Below, in pieces: positions 17,924 through 27,813 of a stretch of DNA of 64,000 nt. The position numbers were made by a program, and so were the translations under genes. The notes beneath the pieces are model-generated. The model was not told the origin of the DNA, did no database searches, and was given only the letters and a program-made list of their open reading frames with translations. Numbering within the stretch: the stretch's first letter is position 1; every line of letters begins with the position of its first letter. The DNA comes from a virus. Lineage: Duplodnaviria > Caudoviricetes. The stretch is taken from positions 53,387 through 117,386 of the IMG/VR virus record IMGVR_UViG_2894787282_000001; one strand, written 5' to 3'.

Positions 17924-17948
17924 GGTGTCGAGCTGTGGTCTTTGCGAC

Positions 17949-17991
17949 TTGCTACGTTTCACCGTTTTTGCTACGATTTACGCTACTATTT
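17949..17991. repeat. Putative integrase arm-type sites
   Basis: Three direct repeats TTGCTACGTTT / TTGCTACGATTT / ACGCTACTATTT next to the att junction. Confidence 0.6.
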
Positions 17992-18015
17992 TTGTAGTGC
18001 GAAACCCTTTATTAC

Positions 18016-18092
18016 TGGGGTGGCTGATGGGGCTCGAACCCACGACAACAGGAATCACAATCCTGGACTCTACCAACTGAGCTACAGCCACC
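18016..18092 (-). tRNA. tRNA-His (GTG); prophage attachment site
   Basis: Cloverleaf GGTGGCTGTAGCTCAGTTGGTAGAG...TTGTGA...GGTTCGA...CCA, with G-1. Confidence 0.97.
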
Positions 18093-18286
18093 GTGCCCAA
18101 AATTATAACATCACACCACAACCAAAATGCCGCGCACTTGAATCCAAAAGCGAGATAAGGCCATTAACTTTCGATGGCCTCGCTGTGAGGGGGAGCACAG
18201 TGCGGATTCAGACTCGCATGTTTTTTGGCATGCCTGCGTAGAACACAGATAAATTTTTGCAAGATAACCAGGCTTTTAGTGCCGGA

Positions 18287-18616
18287 TCAACGCGGTGTGA
18301 TTCGTTTGGGCTCTACATCGGTGACCTCTGTCACGTCCGTCACCTCTGCATCCACCACGTTGTCAGGGCTCGGCGTTGCCCTGCCAGGCTGGCCAAAACC
18401 GCCTTGGTTAAAACGCTGCCACATGGCCTGGCGATTCATCTGAAACGTCCATGGGCTCACCGGCTGGCCGGTTAACTTGGCCCACAACGCACGCAACAGC
18501 CAAAGGATCAGAACCAGCAAACCTGCGGCCATCAAGCTGGCAAAAAACACCAGCCCCGCCAGCAGCAGTCCGACCCGCACAACAAAACCCAATAATTTCA
18601 ACAACACGTCACTCAA
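18287..18616 (-). CDS. Membrane hypothetical protein
   Basis: Long hydrophobic N-terminus; TTG start inferred from AAGGAG SD (ORF extends to 18667). Confidence 0.75.
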   Translation of the reverse strand: MSDVLLKLLGFVVRVGLLLAGLVFFASLMAAGLLVLILWLLRALWAKLTGQPVSPWTFQMNRQAMWQRFNQGGFGQPGRATPSPDNVVDAEVTDVTEVTDVEPKRITPR

Positions 18617-18724
18617 AACATTGCTCCTTGTGAACCGTTCAAATGGGGCATCCATCCCCTTTTGCAAGCCACTTTACCTCGCCGATGCAAGCCACCACAC
18701 TCTGTGGCACAAGCGCTTTCTTCT

Positions 18725-20932
18725 TCAAAGCGACCCGGCAACGGCTTGTATCTGCCCGCCCACCCGGCGCAGCACCGCATACGGCGGCAAGCCTTTCAGC
18801 ATACGTCTGCCATACGGGGTGGACAGCAGGCGTTTGTCGTAACACACCACCCGCGCCAAATCGTCTTCGGTGCGGATGGCGCGCCCGGTCCACTGCAGCA
18901 GGCGAATGCCAGTGGCAGGCACCACCAGTTCAGAAAACGGATCGCGCCCTTCGCGCTTGAGCCACTCAGAACGGGCTTCCTCCACCGGGTCGGATGGGGA
19001 GGCAAAAGGCAGTTTGGTGATGAACACCGTCTCGCACAACTGGCCAGGCAAATCCAGCCCCTCGCCAAACGACTGCATGCCAAAAATCACGGAGGGCTGG
19101 CCCGCCTCCACCCGCGCCATGTGGGTGCCCAGCAGACGCGCACGCGACAACTGGCCTTGCACCAACACCATGCCCAACAGTGCAGCGTCCAGCGCATCCA
19201 CCGCTGCCTTCATCTGCGCACGCGAGGTGAACAGCACCAATGCGCCGTGCGCGACCAAGCGCAAATCGGCCTGCAAGGTGGCGACCATCTCACGGGTGAA
19301 ATTCTCCACCTGACGTGGGTCGGCCACGGTGTCGACCACCAGTAACTGGCCCTGCTTGCGGTAATCAAACGGGCTGTCCACCGCCAGCGTGCTGACATGG
19401 TCGAGCCGATGCAGCCCGGTTTCTGCCAAAAAATAGTCAAAACTGCCACAACTGGTGAGAGAAGCCGAGGTGATCACCGCACCACGCACCTGACGCCACA
19501 GGTGGTGGCGCAGCAAGCTGCCAGGCACGATCGGGCAGGCATGGGCACTCAATGACACCAAGCCGCTGCTGGTGTCGGACTTGAGCCACTTGGCCATCGG
19601 CTGCGCGTCATGGGCCAGCAGCATCGCGCTGGTGCCCAACACGCTGTTGAGTTTGGGCGCCATCTGGCCCAGCTTGGCGTACTGCACCGAGTTTTGGGCA
19701 GCTTGTGTCGGGTCTTCTTTGGCGCGGGCTTTGAGTTCCGCCCCCAGGGCTTCAAGCACCTCCGACAAACCTTTGGCATGGCCCTGAATCAGAGACATCG
19801 GGTCCATAAAAGCTTCGGGTAGCACACCATCCGGAAAACGGTGCACGATGTCGTAGCTGTCGGTCACACCACGCAGCAAGTCCATGGCAATGCGGCCAGC
19901 GTCCAGCAGTGCGGTTTTGAGCTGCTGGGCCAAGGTGATCACATCTTGCTCGACCGCAACTCCCATTTTTTCAGCCACTTCGTGCAGGATTTTGGGCAGC
20001 TTGTCGAGCCAGCGCAGGCCGGTCAGGTCCATGGCGCCCGAGAACTGGTCCAGCGCCACCGCAGGCAGGTGGTGGCCTTCGTCAAACACCACCAGGCAGT
20101 TGTCGAGTTCGGGCAGCGCCTTCATACCCAGCGAGGCCAGCACCAGGTCGTGGTTGGCCACAATCACCTGGGCCTGTGCCAACAGCGTACGTGCGTTGTA
20201 GTAACTGCAATTGCGAAACAGCGGGCAGTGGCGTGCGGTGCAGGTGTGGCGCTCGGCGGCTACCGTGGACCAGTCGCGCGGGTCGGGCTGCTCGGCCAGG
20301 CTGTCGCGGTCACCATCCCAACGGCCAGCGGCCAGCGCATTGGCCAGGGTGTCGTACAAGGCCATACGACGCTCTTCGGGATCTTGCCAGTCCTGGCCCT
20401 TGAGCTGTTTGGCATACGCGGTTGGGGGCGGCGGCGCATCTTCATCCACGCCAAACAACTCGCTGCTGTCGTCCTCACCGGCTCCGGCCAGACGCTCCAG
20501 TTTGAGTTTGCAGACATACCGACCCCGGCCCTTGGCCAATGCGTACACAAACGGGGTGTCCAACGCTGCGGCCAGCGCGGGCAGGTCTTTGGTCATGAGC
20601 TGCTCTTGCAGCGCCACCGTGGCGGTAGAGACCACCACCCGTGTCTTGCGTGCCAGCGCCAGCGCCACTGTGGTCGACAAATAAGCTGCCGATTTGCCAA
20701 CACCGGTACCGGCCTGGATCACCGCAATGGCTTTTTCGGGGTCAGCGTGCTCACCGAGGGTGACGTTGTGCAAGGCGGTGGCAATGCGTTCTGCCATCTC
20801 GCGCTGGCCGGGACGCGACCGGAACGCCGAAGTGCTGGCGACCATCCGGTCAAACGCGGCCAGCGACAGCGCTGCCAAGGGGTGGTCAGTCAAAGCGACG
20901 CCCACCCGCGCCCACCGTGGTGGCTTCAACAA
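18725..20932 (-). CDS. dinG: ATP-dependent DNA helicase DinG
   Basis: RPGQREM, AGTGVGKS, Fe-S cysteines, DEGH, QWTGRAIR; start may be about 20893. Confidence 0.92.
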   Translation of the reverse strand: MLKPPRWARVGVALTDHPLAALSLAAFDRMVASTSAFRSRPGQREMAERIATALHNVTLGEHADPEKAIAVIQAGTGVGKSAAYLSTTVALALARKTRVVVSTATVALQEQLMTKDLPALAAALDTPFVYALAKGRGRYVCKLKLERLAGAGEDDSSELFGVDEDAPPPPTAYAKQLKGQDWQDPEERRMALYDTLANALAAGRWDGDRDSLAEQPDPRDWSTVAAERHTCTARHCPLFRNCSYYNARTLLAQAQVIVANHDLVLASLGMKALPELDNCLVVFDEGHHLPAVALDQFSGAMDLTGLRWLDKLPKILHEVAEKMGVAVEQDVITLAQQLKTALLDAGRIAMDLLRGVTDSYDIVHRFPDGVLPEAFMDPMSLIQGHAKGLSEVLEALGAELKARAKEDPTQAAQNSVQYAKLGQMAPKLNSVLGTSAMLLAHDAQPMAKWLKSDTSSGLVSLSAHACPIVPGSLLRHHLWRQVRGAVITSASLTSCGSFDYFLAETGLHRLDHVSTLAVDSPFDYRKQGQLLVVDTVADPRQVENFTREMVATLQADLRLVAHGALVLFTSRAQMKAAVDALDAALLGMVLVQGQLSRARLLGTHMARVEAGQPSVIFGMQSFGEGLDLPGQLCETVFITKLPFASPSDPVEEARSEWLKREGRDPFSELVVPATGIRLLQWTGRAIRTEDDLARVVCYDKRLLSTPYGRRMLKGLPPYAVLRRVGGQIQAVAGSL

Positions 20933-21234
20933 ACAGCCACAGACAACGCGACATGGATATTTTTTTAATATAAATCATAGGCTTATGCCCAAACCAAGCA
21001 TCTGGTTCAGGCGCCGATGATTGTATCTGGCAAGGCTTAACCCCCGTGATGCACGCCAAGACAGCTTTCACAGGTATGCCATCCAAGTCCCAAAACCAAT
21101 GACCGGATCAATGCAAGGCGTGCAAACTCGCTACGCCACATAGGCAAACGGGGACCCGTGGCCCCCGTGTTGTCATGCTTTAGACAGACTTACCAAAAGT
21201 GTCCAACACCCTGGTGTTGACACTCGCACAACAT

Positions 21235-22437
21235 CTAAGCAGCCGCAAGCAGGTTCATCGCGTGTTTGGCAATCATCATTTCTTCGTTGGTCGGCACCAC
21301 AAAGGTGGGAACGCGTGCATCTGTCGCCGAAATGTTGAATTGACGTGAAGAGTTGGCATCAGCATCCAACTTGACACCGAGCCACGCCAGACGTTGAGCA
21401 ATCATGTTGCGAATGTAGGGCGAGTTTTCTCCGATACCAGCCGTAAACACCAGAGCATCAAGCCCGCCCATGGAGGCAGCCATCGCAGCAACTTCCTTGG
21501 CTACGCGAAAACAGAACAGGTCAACAGCTTCTTTGGCGTGGGGATCGTCCGACTCCTCGAGCACCTTCATGTCATTGGACAGGCCGGATACACCGAGCAA
21601 ACCCGAACGCCGATACAGCAGATCCTCGATGGCTTCCAGGTCCATCTTCTTCTCACGCATTAGGTAGAGCAGCACACCCGGATCAATGCTGCCCGAGCGG
21701 GTGCCCATCGGCACACCGTCCAGCGCCGTGAAGCCCATGGTGGTGTCCATGCTGCGGCCATCCTTGACTGCACACAGGCTGGATCCATTGCCCAAATGAC
21801 AGATCACGATGTGGCCTGAGGCCAACTCCGGGCGCGTGGCCAGCAGTTGTTTGCTGACGTATTCGTAAGACAGGCCGTGAAAACCGTATTTGCATACACC
21901 CTCGTCGCTAAGTGCCCGTGGCAGTGCGTAGGTCTTAGCCTGCTTGGGTTGGGTGCTATGAAAAGCGGTGTCAAAACAAGCCACCTGATCCAGTTCAGGG
22001 TGATTGCGTGCCAGGATATGGATGGGTGCCAAATTGTGTGGCTGATGCAGCGGTGCCAGCGGAACCAGTTGCTCCAGATCGTTCAACAACGCAGGTGTGA
22101 CCTTCATTGGCAGGCCCAGGAAGCGCCCGCCATGAACCACGCGATGGCCGGCGGCAACAATCTGATCGTCCACCAGGGTGCTACTGATCCAGTCCAGCAG
22201 ATACTGGAGCATGATGTCGCGGCTGTTCGAGTCGCTTTCGTTCCAGCTGTGTTTGGCCAAAACGCGGCGACTGGCGTCTTTGGCTTCAAAGGTGGCAAGG
22301 CTGCCAATTCCCGCAATCTGTCCAGACAGGATGGTTTGCAACTCTGTGGAGCCCGTCGCTTGGCGAAATACTGAAAACTTCAGGCTCGAAGAACCGGCGT
22401 TGAGAACCAGATAGGCTTTGTGCTTGGTCATGTTCAT
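21235..22437 (-). CDS. ackA: Acetate/propionate kinase
   Basis: LVLNAGSSSLKF, GHRVVHGG, YGFHGLS, FTAGIGEN, PTNEE. Confidence 0.95.
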   Translation of the reverse strand: MNMTKHKAYLVLNAGSSSLKFSVFRQATGSTELQTILSGQIAGIGSLATFEAKDASRRVLAKHSWNESDSNSRDIMLQYLLDWISSTLVDDQIVAAGHRVVHGGRFLGLPMKVTPALLNDLEQLVPLAPLHQPHNLAPIHILARNHPELDQVACFDTAFHSTQPKQAKTYALPRALSDEGVCKYGFHGLSYEYVSKQLLATRPELASGHIVICHLGNGSSLCAVKDGRSMDTTMGFTALDGVPMGTRSGSIDPGVLLYLMREKKMDLEAIEDLLYRRSGLLGVSGLSNDMKVLEESDDPHAKEAVDLFCFRVAKEVAAMAASMGGLDALVFTAGIGENSPYIRNMIAQRLAWLGVKLDADANSSRQFNISATDARVPTFVVPTNEEMMIAKHAMNLLAAA

Positions 22438-22524
22438 GTTTCACTGTGTAGGTTGAACAGCGCCCAATGGACATCAAGTCACTTCAGGCTGATGCAGAGA
22501 ATATACGACAAAGTCTGCAATTTA

Positions 22525-22582
22525 TGAAACATCGTTTCAATAATTTGTGAAAATAGTCATCGTAAACAAAACAGTGTTTCAT
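22525..22582. promoter_or_regulatory. Two KdgR-like operator boxes between ackA and uxaB
   Basis: TGAAAC-ATC-GTTTCA (22525-22539) and CAAAACAGTGTTTCAT (22567-22582). Confidence 0.55.
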
Positions 22583-22779
22583 GTTTCTTGGATTTTGACC
22601 CGATTTGGTGTAGAGTCCGCGCCTGTCAAGCACACACAAGTGTGAATCGAGCGATCAAGCGCCTGCCCAGGGCAAGCCTAACCACCATTGGCCGCTTTGA
22701 CGGCACATTCTGACAAACACCTGAAGTGCGCTGCGCTCTTGGAGGCACGGCGGAATAAATGACCAGAAAGGATCAAGAC

Positions 22780-24276
22780 ATGTATGAACTGAACCGCCAG
22801 AGGCTTGCCGAAGGCAAACTGGGTGTTGAATCAACAGCCCCCTCGTCCCTGAAGCCCGTGCGCATCCTGCAAATTGGTGACGGCAACTTCCTGCGCGGCT
22901 TTGTCGACTGGATGGTCGATGTGACCAATGGTGCGGGCCTGATGAACGCCGAAGTGATCATGGCGCAACCCATCGACCGCGGTATCGCCGACCTGATGAA
23001 AGCCCAGGACCAGCTGTTCACGGTATTGTTGCGCGGTGTGCAAAATGGCCAACCGGTCCAGTCCAAACGCTTGGTGAGCTGTGTCAAAGACACCCTCAAC
23101 CCCTACACCCAATGGGACGCCATGCTGGCCACTATGCAGGACCCGACTTTGCGTTTTGTCGTCTCCAACACCACCGAGGCCGGTATCGCTTATGTCCCTG
23201 AAGCCTTGTTCGAAGGCCAATGCCCGGCCAACTTCCCGGCCAAGGTGACGGCGCTGCTGCTGGCGCGTTTTAAAGCCTTTGGCGGCTCCGCTGAATCGGG
23301 CCTGGTGTTCCTGCCCGCTGAACTGATCGAAGCCAACGGCACCAAGCTCAAAAACTATGTGTTGCAATTTGCCGATGTCTGGAAGTTGCCCTCAGAGTTC
23401 GTCGCTTGGGTCAAAGAACACAACGTGTTCTGCAACACCCTGGTGGACCGCATCGTCCCGGGTTATCCTGCTGCCGAAGCCGAGGCGCTGTTCGCCGAGT
23501 TTGGCTACAAGGATCCGCTGACGGTGGCGGCCGAGCCGTTCCTGCTGTGGGTCATCGAAGGGCCGGCCAAGATTGCCGACGAACTGCCTCTGCACAAGGC
23601 GGGCCTGGATGTGGTGTGGACAAAAGACTTGCAGCCCTACCGCACACGCAAGGTGCGCATTCTCAACGGCGCCCATACCGCCAGTTCTCTTGCGGCCTAC
23701 TGCGCCGGGCTGGACACGGTGCGCGAGATGACCGAAGACGCTGTGGTGTCCAAGTTCCTGAACAAGGTGATGTTCGAAGAAATTGTCCCCTTTGTGCCAC
23801 TGCCAGAGGCCGAGCGCAAGGCTTATGCAGAAACCATTGTGGAGCGTTTTGCCAACCCACACATCCGCCATGAACTGATCTCGATTGCGCTGAATTCGGT
23901 CTCCAAGTGGCAGGTGCGGGTGTTGCCAACCATCAAGGATTACGCTGCCAAACACGGCAAAGCACCTGCCGGGCTCTCGTTTTCATTGGCTGCGCTGCTC
24001 ACTTTTTACAAGGGACAGTTCGCTGCGAACGGAGACTACGAGGGTCTGCGCCAGGGACAAAGTTATCCGATCAAAGACAACGCCGACATTCTGGTCATCA
24101 TGCACGCTGCGTGGCATGGCGCCACGGACTTGAACCAAGTCGCATCAACGCTGCTGGCAGACGTCCGGCTGTGGGGCGAGGACCTGACCCAGGTTCCTGG
24201 CTTGGCCCAGCAGACGGCCAGCGCTTTGATCCGGATCAAGGAGATCGGTATCAAGTCGGCCATGGGCGCGCTGTGA
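22780..24276 (+). CDS. uxaB: Tagaturonate reductase (altronate oxidoreductase)
   Basis: ILQIGDGNFLRGF, SNTTEAGI, TLVDRIVPG, RKVRILNGAHT; start 22780 has GAAAGGA SD (alternative 22759). Confidence 0.92.
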   Translation: MYELNRQRLAEGKLGVESTAPSSLKPVRILQIGDGNFLRGFVDWMVDVTNGAGLMNAEVIMAQPIDRGIADLMKAQDQLFTVLLRGVQNGQPVQSKRLVSCVKDTLNPYTQWDAMLATMQDPTLRFVVSNTTEAGIAYVPEALFEGQCPANFPAKVTALLLARFKAFGGSAESGLVFLPAELIEANGTKLKNYVLQFADVWKLPSEFVAWVKEHNVFCNTLVDRIVPGYPAAEAEALFAEFGYKDPLTVAAEPFLLWVIEGPAKIADELPLHKAGLDVVWTKDLQPYRTRKVRILNGAHTASSLAAYCAGLDTVREMTEDAVVSKFLNKVMFEEIVPFVPLPEAERKAYAETIVERFANPHIRHELISIALNSVSKWQVRVLPTIKDYAAKHGKAPAGLSFSLAALLTFYKGQFAANGDYEGLRQGQSYPIKDNADILVIMHAAWHGATDLNQVASTLLADVRLWGEDLTQVPGLAQQTASALIRIKEIGIKSAMGAL

Positions 24277-24499
24277 ACCCGTGAAGAAGGCAAAATACAG
24301 GGTCTTGTGCTTTACATCAATAAGCTAACAGAAAACTGACTATCCACCATGACCACAGGCACGATCTGGCGCAAGTCGACCACCGATGGCACCAAGCGTG
24401 AACAGACTCCACCTGACTCGATGCTCCCTAGCGGAACATCGAGTGAACGTTAATGACTCACAGAGCGAGATTTTTAAAATGACTAAGGAATTGAAAAAA

Positions 24500-25918
24500 A
24501 TGCACCGTAACCGTAACGCCAAAATCGTCGCTACCCTCGGACCAGCCAGCGCTGACCGCGAAACCATTCAAGCCCTGTTTGAAGCTGGCGCCGACGTTTT
24601 CCGATTGAACTTCAGCCACGGCACACAAGAAGATCACAAACAACGCCTGGACACCATCCGCGCGATTGAACGCCATGCAGGCCGCCCGATTGGTGTGTTG
24701 CTTGATCTGCAAGGCCCCAAGTTGCGCCTGGGCACATTTGCCAAGGGCCCGATCATGCTGGCGGAAGGTGCGTCTTTCCGCCTGGACCTGAACACCGACA
24801 AACCCGGTGACCAAACCCGGGCGCCGATGCCCCACCCTGAAATTTTTAATGCCTTGGAAGTTGGCACTGACTTGTTGGTCGACGACGGCCGGGTGCGTCT
24901 GCGTGTGGAGAGTTTTGGCCCCGACTTTGCAGAAACCCGCGTGATCGCCGGTGGTGCTGTGTCTGACCGCAAGGGTGTCAATGTGCCTGGCGTCGTTTTG
25001 CCGCTGTCGGCCCTGACCGAAAAAGACCGCTCAGACTTGGACTACGGACTGACACTGGGCATCGACTGGATCGCCTTGTCGTTTGTGCAACGGCCAGAAG
25101 ACATTGTGGAGATCAAATCCATCGTCAAGGGGCGCGCACGTATTGTGGCCAAGCTTGAAAAACCGGCGGCCATCCTGAGCCTGGATGCCATCGTGGCGGA
25201 AACGGATGCTGTGATGGTGGCGCGTGGTGATCTGGGTGTGGAAATGCCACCAGAACAAGTGCCAGCCATTCAAAAACGCATCGTCCGTGCCTGCCGCGAA
25301 GCCGGCAAACCAGTGATTGTGGCCACACAGATGCTCGAGTCGATGGTCACCGCACCGGTGCCCACCCGTGCCGAAGCCTCCGACGTGGCCACCGCGATTT
25401 ACGACGGTGCTGATGCCGTGATGTTGTCCGCCGAATCCGCCTCCGGTAAATACCCGGTCGAAGCTGTGTGCATGATGAACTCCATCATTGCGCAAACCGA
25501 AGCTGACCCCTACTACCGTGAGGCGATCAAAGCCTCTCAGACCACCCACATCCCGGTGCCGTCTGATGCCATCGGTGTGGCGGTGCGCAGTGTGGCTGAG
25601 CTTTTGAATGTGGCGGCTGTTGTGGCCTACACCAGTTCAGGTTATTCCGCGCTGCGTATGGCTCGTGAACGCCCCCAAGCCCCCATCATCGGCATGACCC
25701 CACGCCGTGCCGTTGCACGTCAGCTGGCGCTGACCTGGGGCGTCTACCCCGTGCTGTGCCATGACGTTCAAGACGTGCTGGAGATGAGCGACTGGGCCTG
25801 CGAAACCGCCAAAAAAGAAGGTCTAGGCAAAACGGGCGACACCATCGTGGTGTCGGCTGGTGTTCCCTTCAACACCTCAGGCACCACCAATTTGATGCGT
25901 ATCGCACAAATCGGCTGA
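24500..25918 (+). CDS. pyk: Pyruvate kinase
   Basis: KIVATLGPAS, RLNFSHG, DLQGPK, VARGDLG, ATQMLESM. Confidence 0.96.
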   Translation: MHRNRNAKIVATLGPASADRETIQALFEAGADVFRLNFSHGTQEDHKQRLDTIRAIERHAGRPIGVLLDLQGPKLRLGTFAKGPIMLAEGASFRLDLNTDKPGDQTRAPMPHPEIFNALEVGTDLLVDDGRVRLRVESFGPDFAETRVIAGGAVSDRKGVNVPGVVLPLSALTEKDRSDLDYGLTLGIDWIALSFVQRPEDIVEIKSIVKGRARIVAKLEKPAAILSLDAIVAETDAVMVARGDLGVEMPPEQVPAIQKRIVRACREAGKPVIVATQMLESMVTAPVPTRAEASDVATAIYDGADAVMLSAESASGKYPVEAVCMMNSIIAQTEADPYYREAIKASQTTHIPVPSDAIGVAVRSVAELLNVAAVVAYTSSGYSALRMARERPQAPIIGMTPRRAVARQLALTWGVYPVLCHDVQDVLEMSDWACETAKKEGLGKTGDTIVVSAGVPFNTSGTTNLMRIAQIG

Positions 25919-25932
25919 TAAAAGCTTGCGTC

Positions 25933-25975
25933 AACGCGCTTGTCCCGGCTTCGGGGCAAGCGCGTTTTTCTTTTT
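25933..25975 (+). terminator. pyk intrinsic terminator
   Basis: AACGCGCTTGTCCCG-GCTT-CGGGGCAAGCGCGTT followed by T-run. Confidence 0.85.
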
Positions 25976-26116
25976 GTGCGTTACCCGGGCACCTTTGCAA
26001 AACGCACCACCAGATCGGCAAGCAAGGCACGCCGCCCTTGCCTATTCTCTCAATCACAGCGTTGAAGTTCAGCAGGCAATCAGGCCACAGCAAATGCCTG
26101 CGCACTCAGATCCAGA

Positions 26117-26266
26117 TCAGCGGTTCACGGGAAGATAAGACGTGATATTGGCCAGCGCACGGTCAACATACAGCTCTTTTTCACCGACTGGGGCCACGTA
26201 AAACATCGCTTCCTTGGCTGCCTCCAGCCCCGCCAGGCGGGCAATGACCCAGGTTGCCAGGGGGGG
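26117..26266 (-). pseudogene. 3' fragment of a host gene interrupted by the Mu-like prophage
   Basis: PPLATWVIARLAGLEAAKEAMFYVAPVGEKELYVDRALANITSYLPVNR* has no start codon and abuts the TG phage end. Confidence 0.55.
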
Positions 26267-26573
26267 GATGTTTGAATTGATCCAGGGGAAAGGCGCCAGA
26301 AATACCGAAAAAGGCCTATTGAATCAATGATTTACGGGAAAGAGAGCAAAAACGCCAGGAACGTTTATTTTGATCCAGTCAGTGACCAAAATTCGACTGA
26401 AAGTGTTCATTAAATGCCGATTAAATGCCTGGTGAAGTGCTAGAAAAATGCCCGAATATTGCTAAGAACAGACGATGGGCTTAAACTTCGACCAAGTCAG
26501 TGGACTGGAAATGCACCAGCCAAAATCCGCGAAGGCGGCTTTATTATGAAGACGTAGCGCCCTTTCTGACCCA

Positions 26574-26597
26574 AGCCCACCCTGTGTGGGCTTTTTC
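26574..26597 (+). terminator. Intrinsic terminator for + strand transcription inside the left end
   Basis: AAGCCCAC-CCTGT-GTGGGCTT-TTT. Confidence 0.6.
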
Positions 26598-27813
26598 ATG
26601 GGTCTAGGGTTCCCAGCAGCAGATCGTAGGCATTCCGGTCTTGCAAGTTTGCGGCAGATGCACTTCCCAGAGAGATGACAGATGCAGACGTGCCAAATTT
26701 GGTGGGCTCGTTTAACCGCAGTATGATTTTCGGTAGGGTCTTGTTAAAGCTACCTTGCGGTACAACGATCAGTGTATTTTTCTTCTTGTCCCAAAGCACC
26801 GCCCGGTAATTCCTGAAATGCTCTGGCAGGCTGTTGACCCACTCATCCGGCCAAGCCTGCAGGGATGATGCCTTGTGACCGCCAGCCAGATGGTTGGTCA
26901 AGCCGTCAAGCACTGAAACAGCCGTGGACTGAAGCTCAATAGCGGGCAGCTTTTCAGCCAACGCGTTGATCATGCCGCTGTCCATAAATCCAACGATTTG
27001 GGCCTGACCACTGCGCTGTTTAATCCCCGTTTTAAAGCCCTTGAAATTGTCGCTGAGCACCTTTTGAAAGGCGGGTGAAATCGTTTTGTCGACCAATGGT
27101 CCCTGCAATTGGCGCGGCAAAGCGGCCAGTTTTTTGCCCAAGGCCAGTTCCGGACTGATCCAGGCCTGTCCGACGTTGTGATCCCAGCCTGGGTCGATGC
27201 CGACAGGCACCCTGTCCTTGATTTCACCATCGCCTGTGATCACCTCACGGGTCTTGATCTCAAACGGGGCGGACTCGGACAGGTCTTTGTCTTTCATCTC
27301 GGCCTCTCCGTAGGCCCGCACCGTGCAGCGGCAGCCCCAGCCGTTGGGTGGAAAGTGGGTTTGCCAGAATGAATCCGACAGTGGATAAATCAAGCCGTTC
27401 CACATCTTGTGCAGCGGGCGCACGCGTGAGTCACCCGCTGTGCGGTATTGCAGATAGGGGCGCTGTGCCTGATTGGCAATCAGTTGCTTCCAGCGGCCCG
27501 CCATGTGCGCTGATCGCATGTTGGTGTTGAAGATCACCGCTGACCTCCAGCCGCGCTTGCCCTTGTAGGTCCAGCCATGTTGCTGCACGATGCGGTCAAA
27601 GTCTTTTCGGAACTGGCTGAGGGTGCTGCCGTTGCTAAGTGCATCTGTCACGGCCACATGCATGTCGAGAACCAGGTCAGCGGATGTGGCACCAGCTATG
27701 GTGAACACCTTGCCATGCACCGGCCCTGCCAGATCGTCCCACTTCAGGCTGACCTCGGGCAGCTTGCCCTTGAGATAGTCGATGGCTTCGGTGAACTTGA
27801 CGCCATCAGCCAT
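26596..27813 (-). CDS. MuF (gpF-like) head morphogenesis protein with C-terminal extension
   Basis: GDSRVRPLH...FPPNGWGCRC, GIDPGWDHNVG; GGAGG SD before ATG 27813. Confidence 0.88.
   Translation of the reverse strand: MADGVKFTEAIDYLKGKLPEVSLKWDDLAGPVHGKVFTIAGATSADLVLDMHVAVTDALSNGSTLSQFRKDFDRIVQQHGWTYKGKRGWRSAVIFNTNMRSAHMAGRWKQLIANQAQRPYLQYRTAGDSRVRPLHKMWNGLIYPLSDSFWQTHFPPNGWGCRCTVRAYGEAEMKDKDLSESAPFEIKTREVITGDGEIKDRVPVGIDPGWDHNVGQAWISPELALGKKLAALPRQLQGPLVDKTISPAFQKVLSDNFKGFKTGIKQRSGQAQIVGFMDSGMINALAEKLPAIELQSTAVSVLDGLTNHLAGGHKASSLQAWPDEWVNSLPEHFRNYRAVLWDKKKNTLIVVPQGSFNKTLPKIILRLNEPTKFGTSASVISLGSASAANLQDRNAYDLLLGTLDP

Larger units (their letters stand above)
1..18015 (+). mobile_element. Prophage 1 (right arm), integrated at tRNA-His 3' end
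   Basis: Co-oriented, tightly overlapping phage replication genes, excisionase and tyrosine integrase, ending at the CCA end of tRNA-His; left boundary outside window. Confidence 0.9.

Noticed and set aside
26260-26267. G8 tract as a phase-variation site
   Set aside because: It encodes Pro-Pro in a gene fragment and abuts the phage end; better explained as the insertion target.
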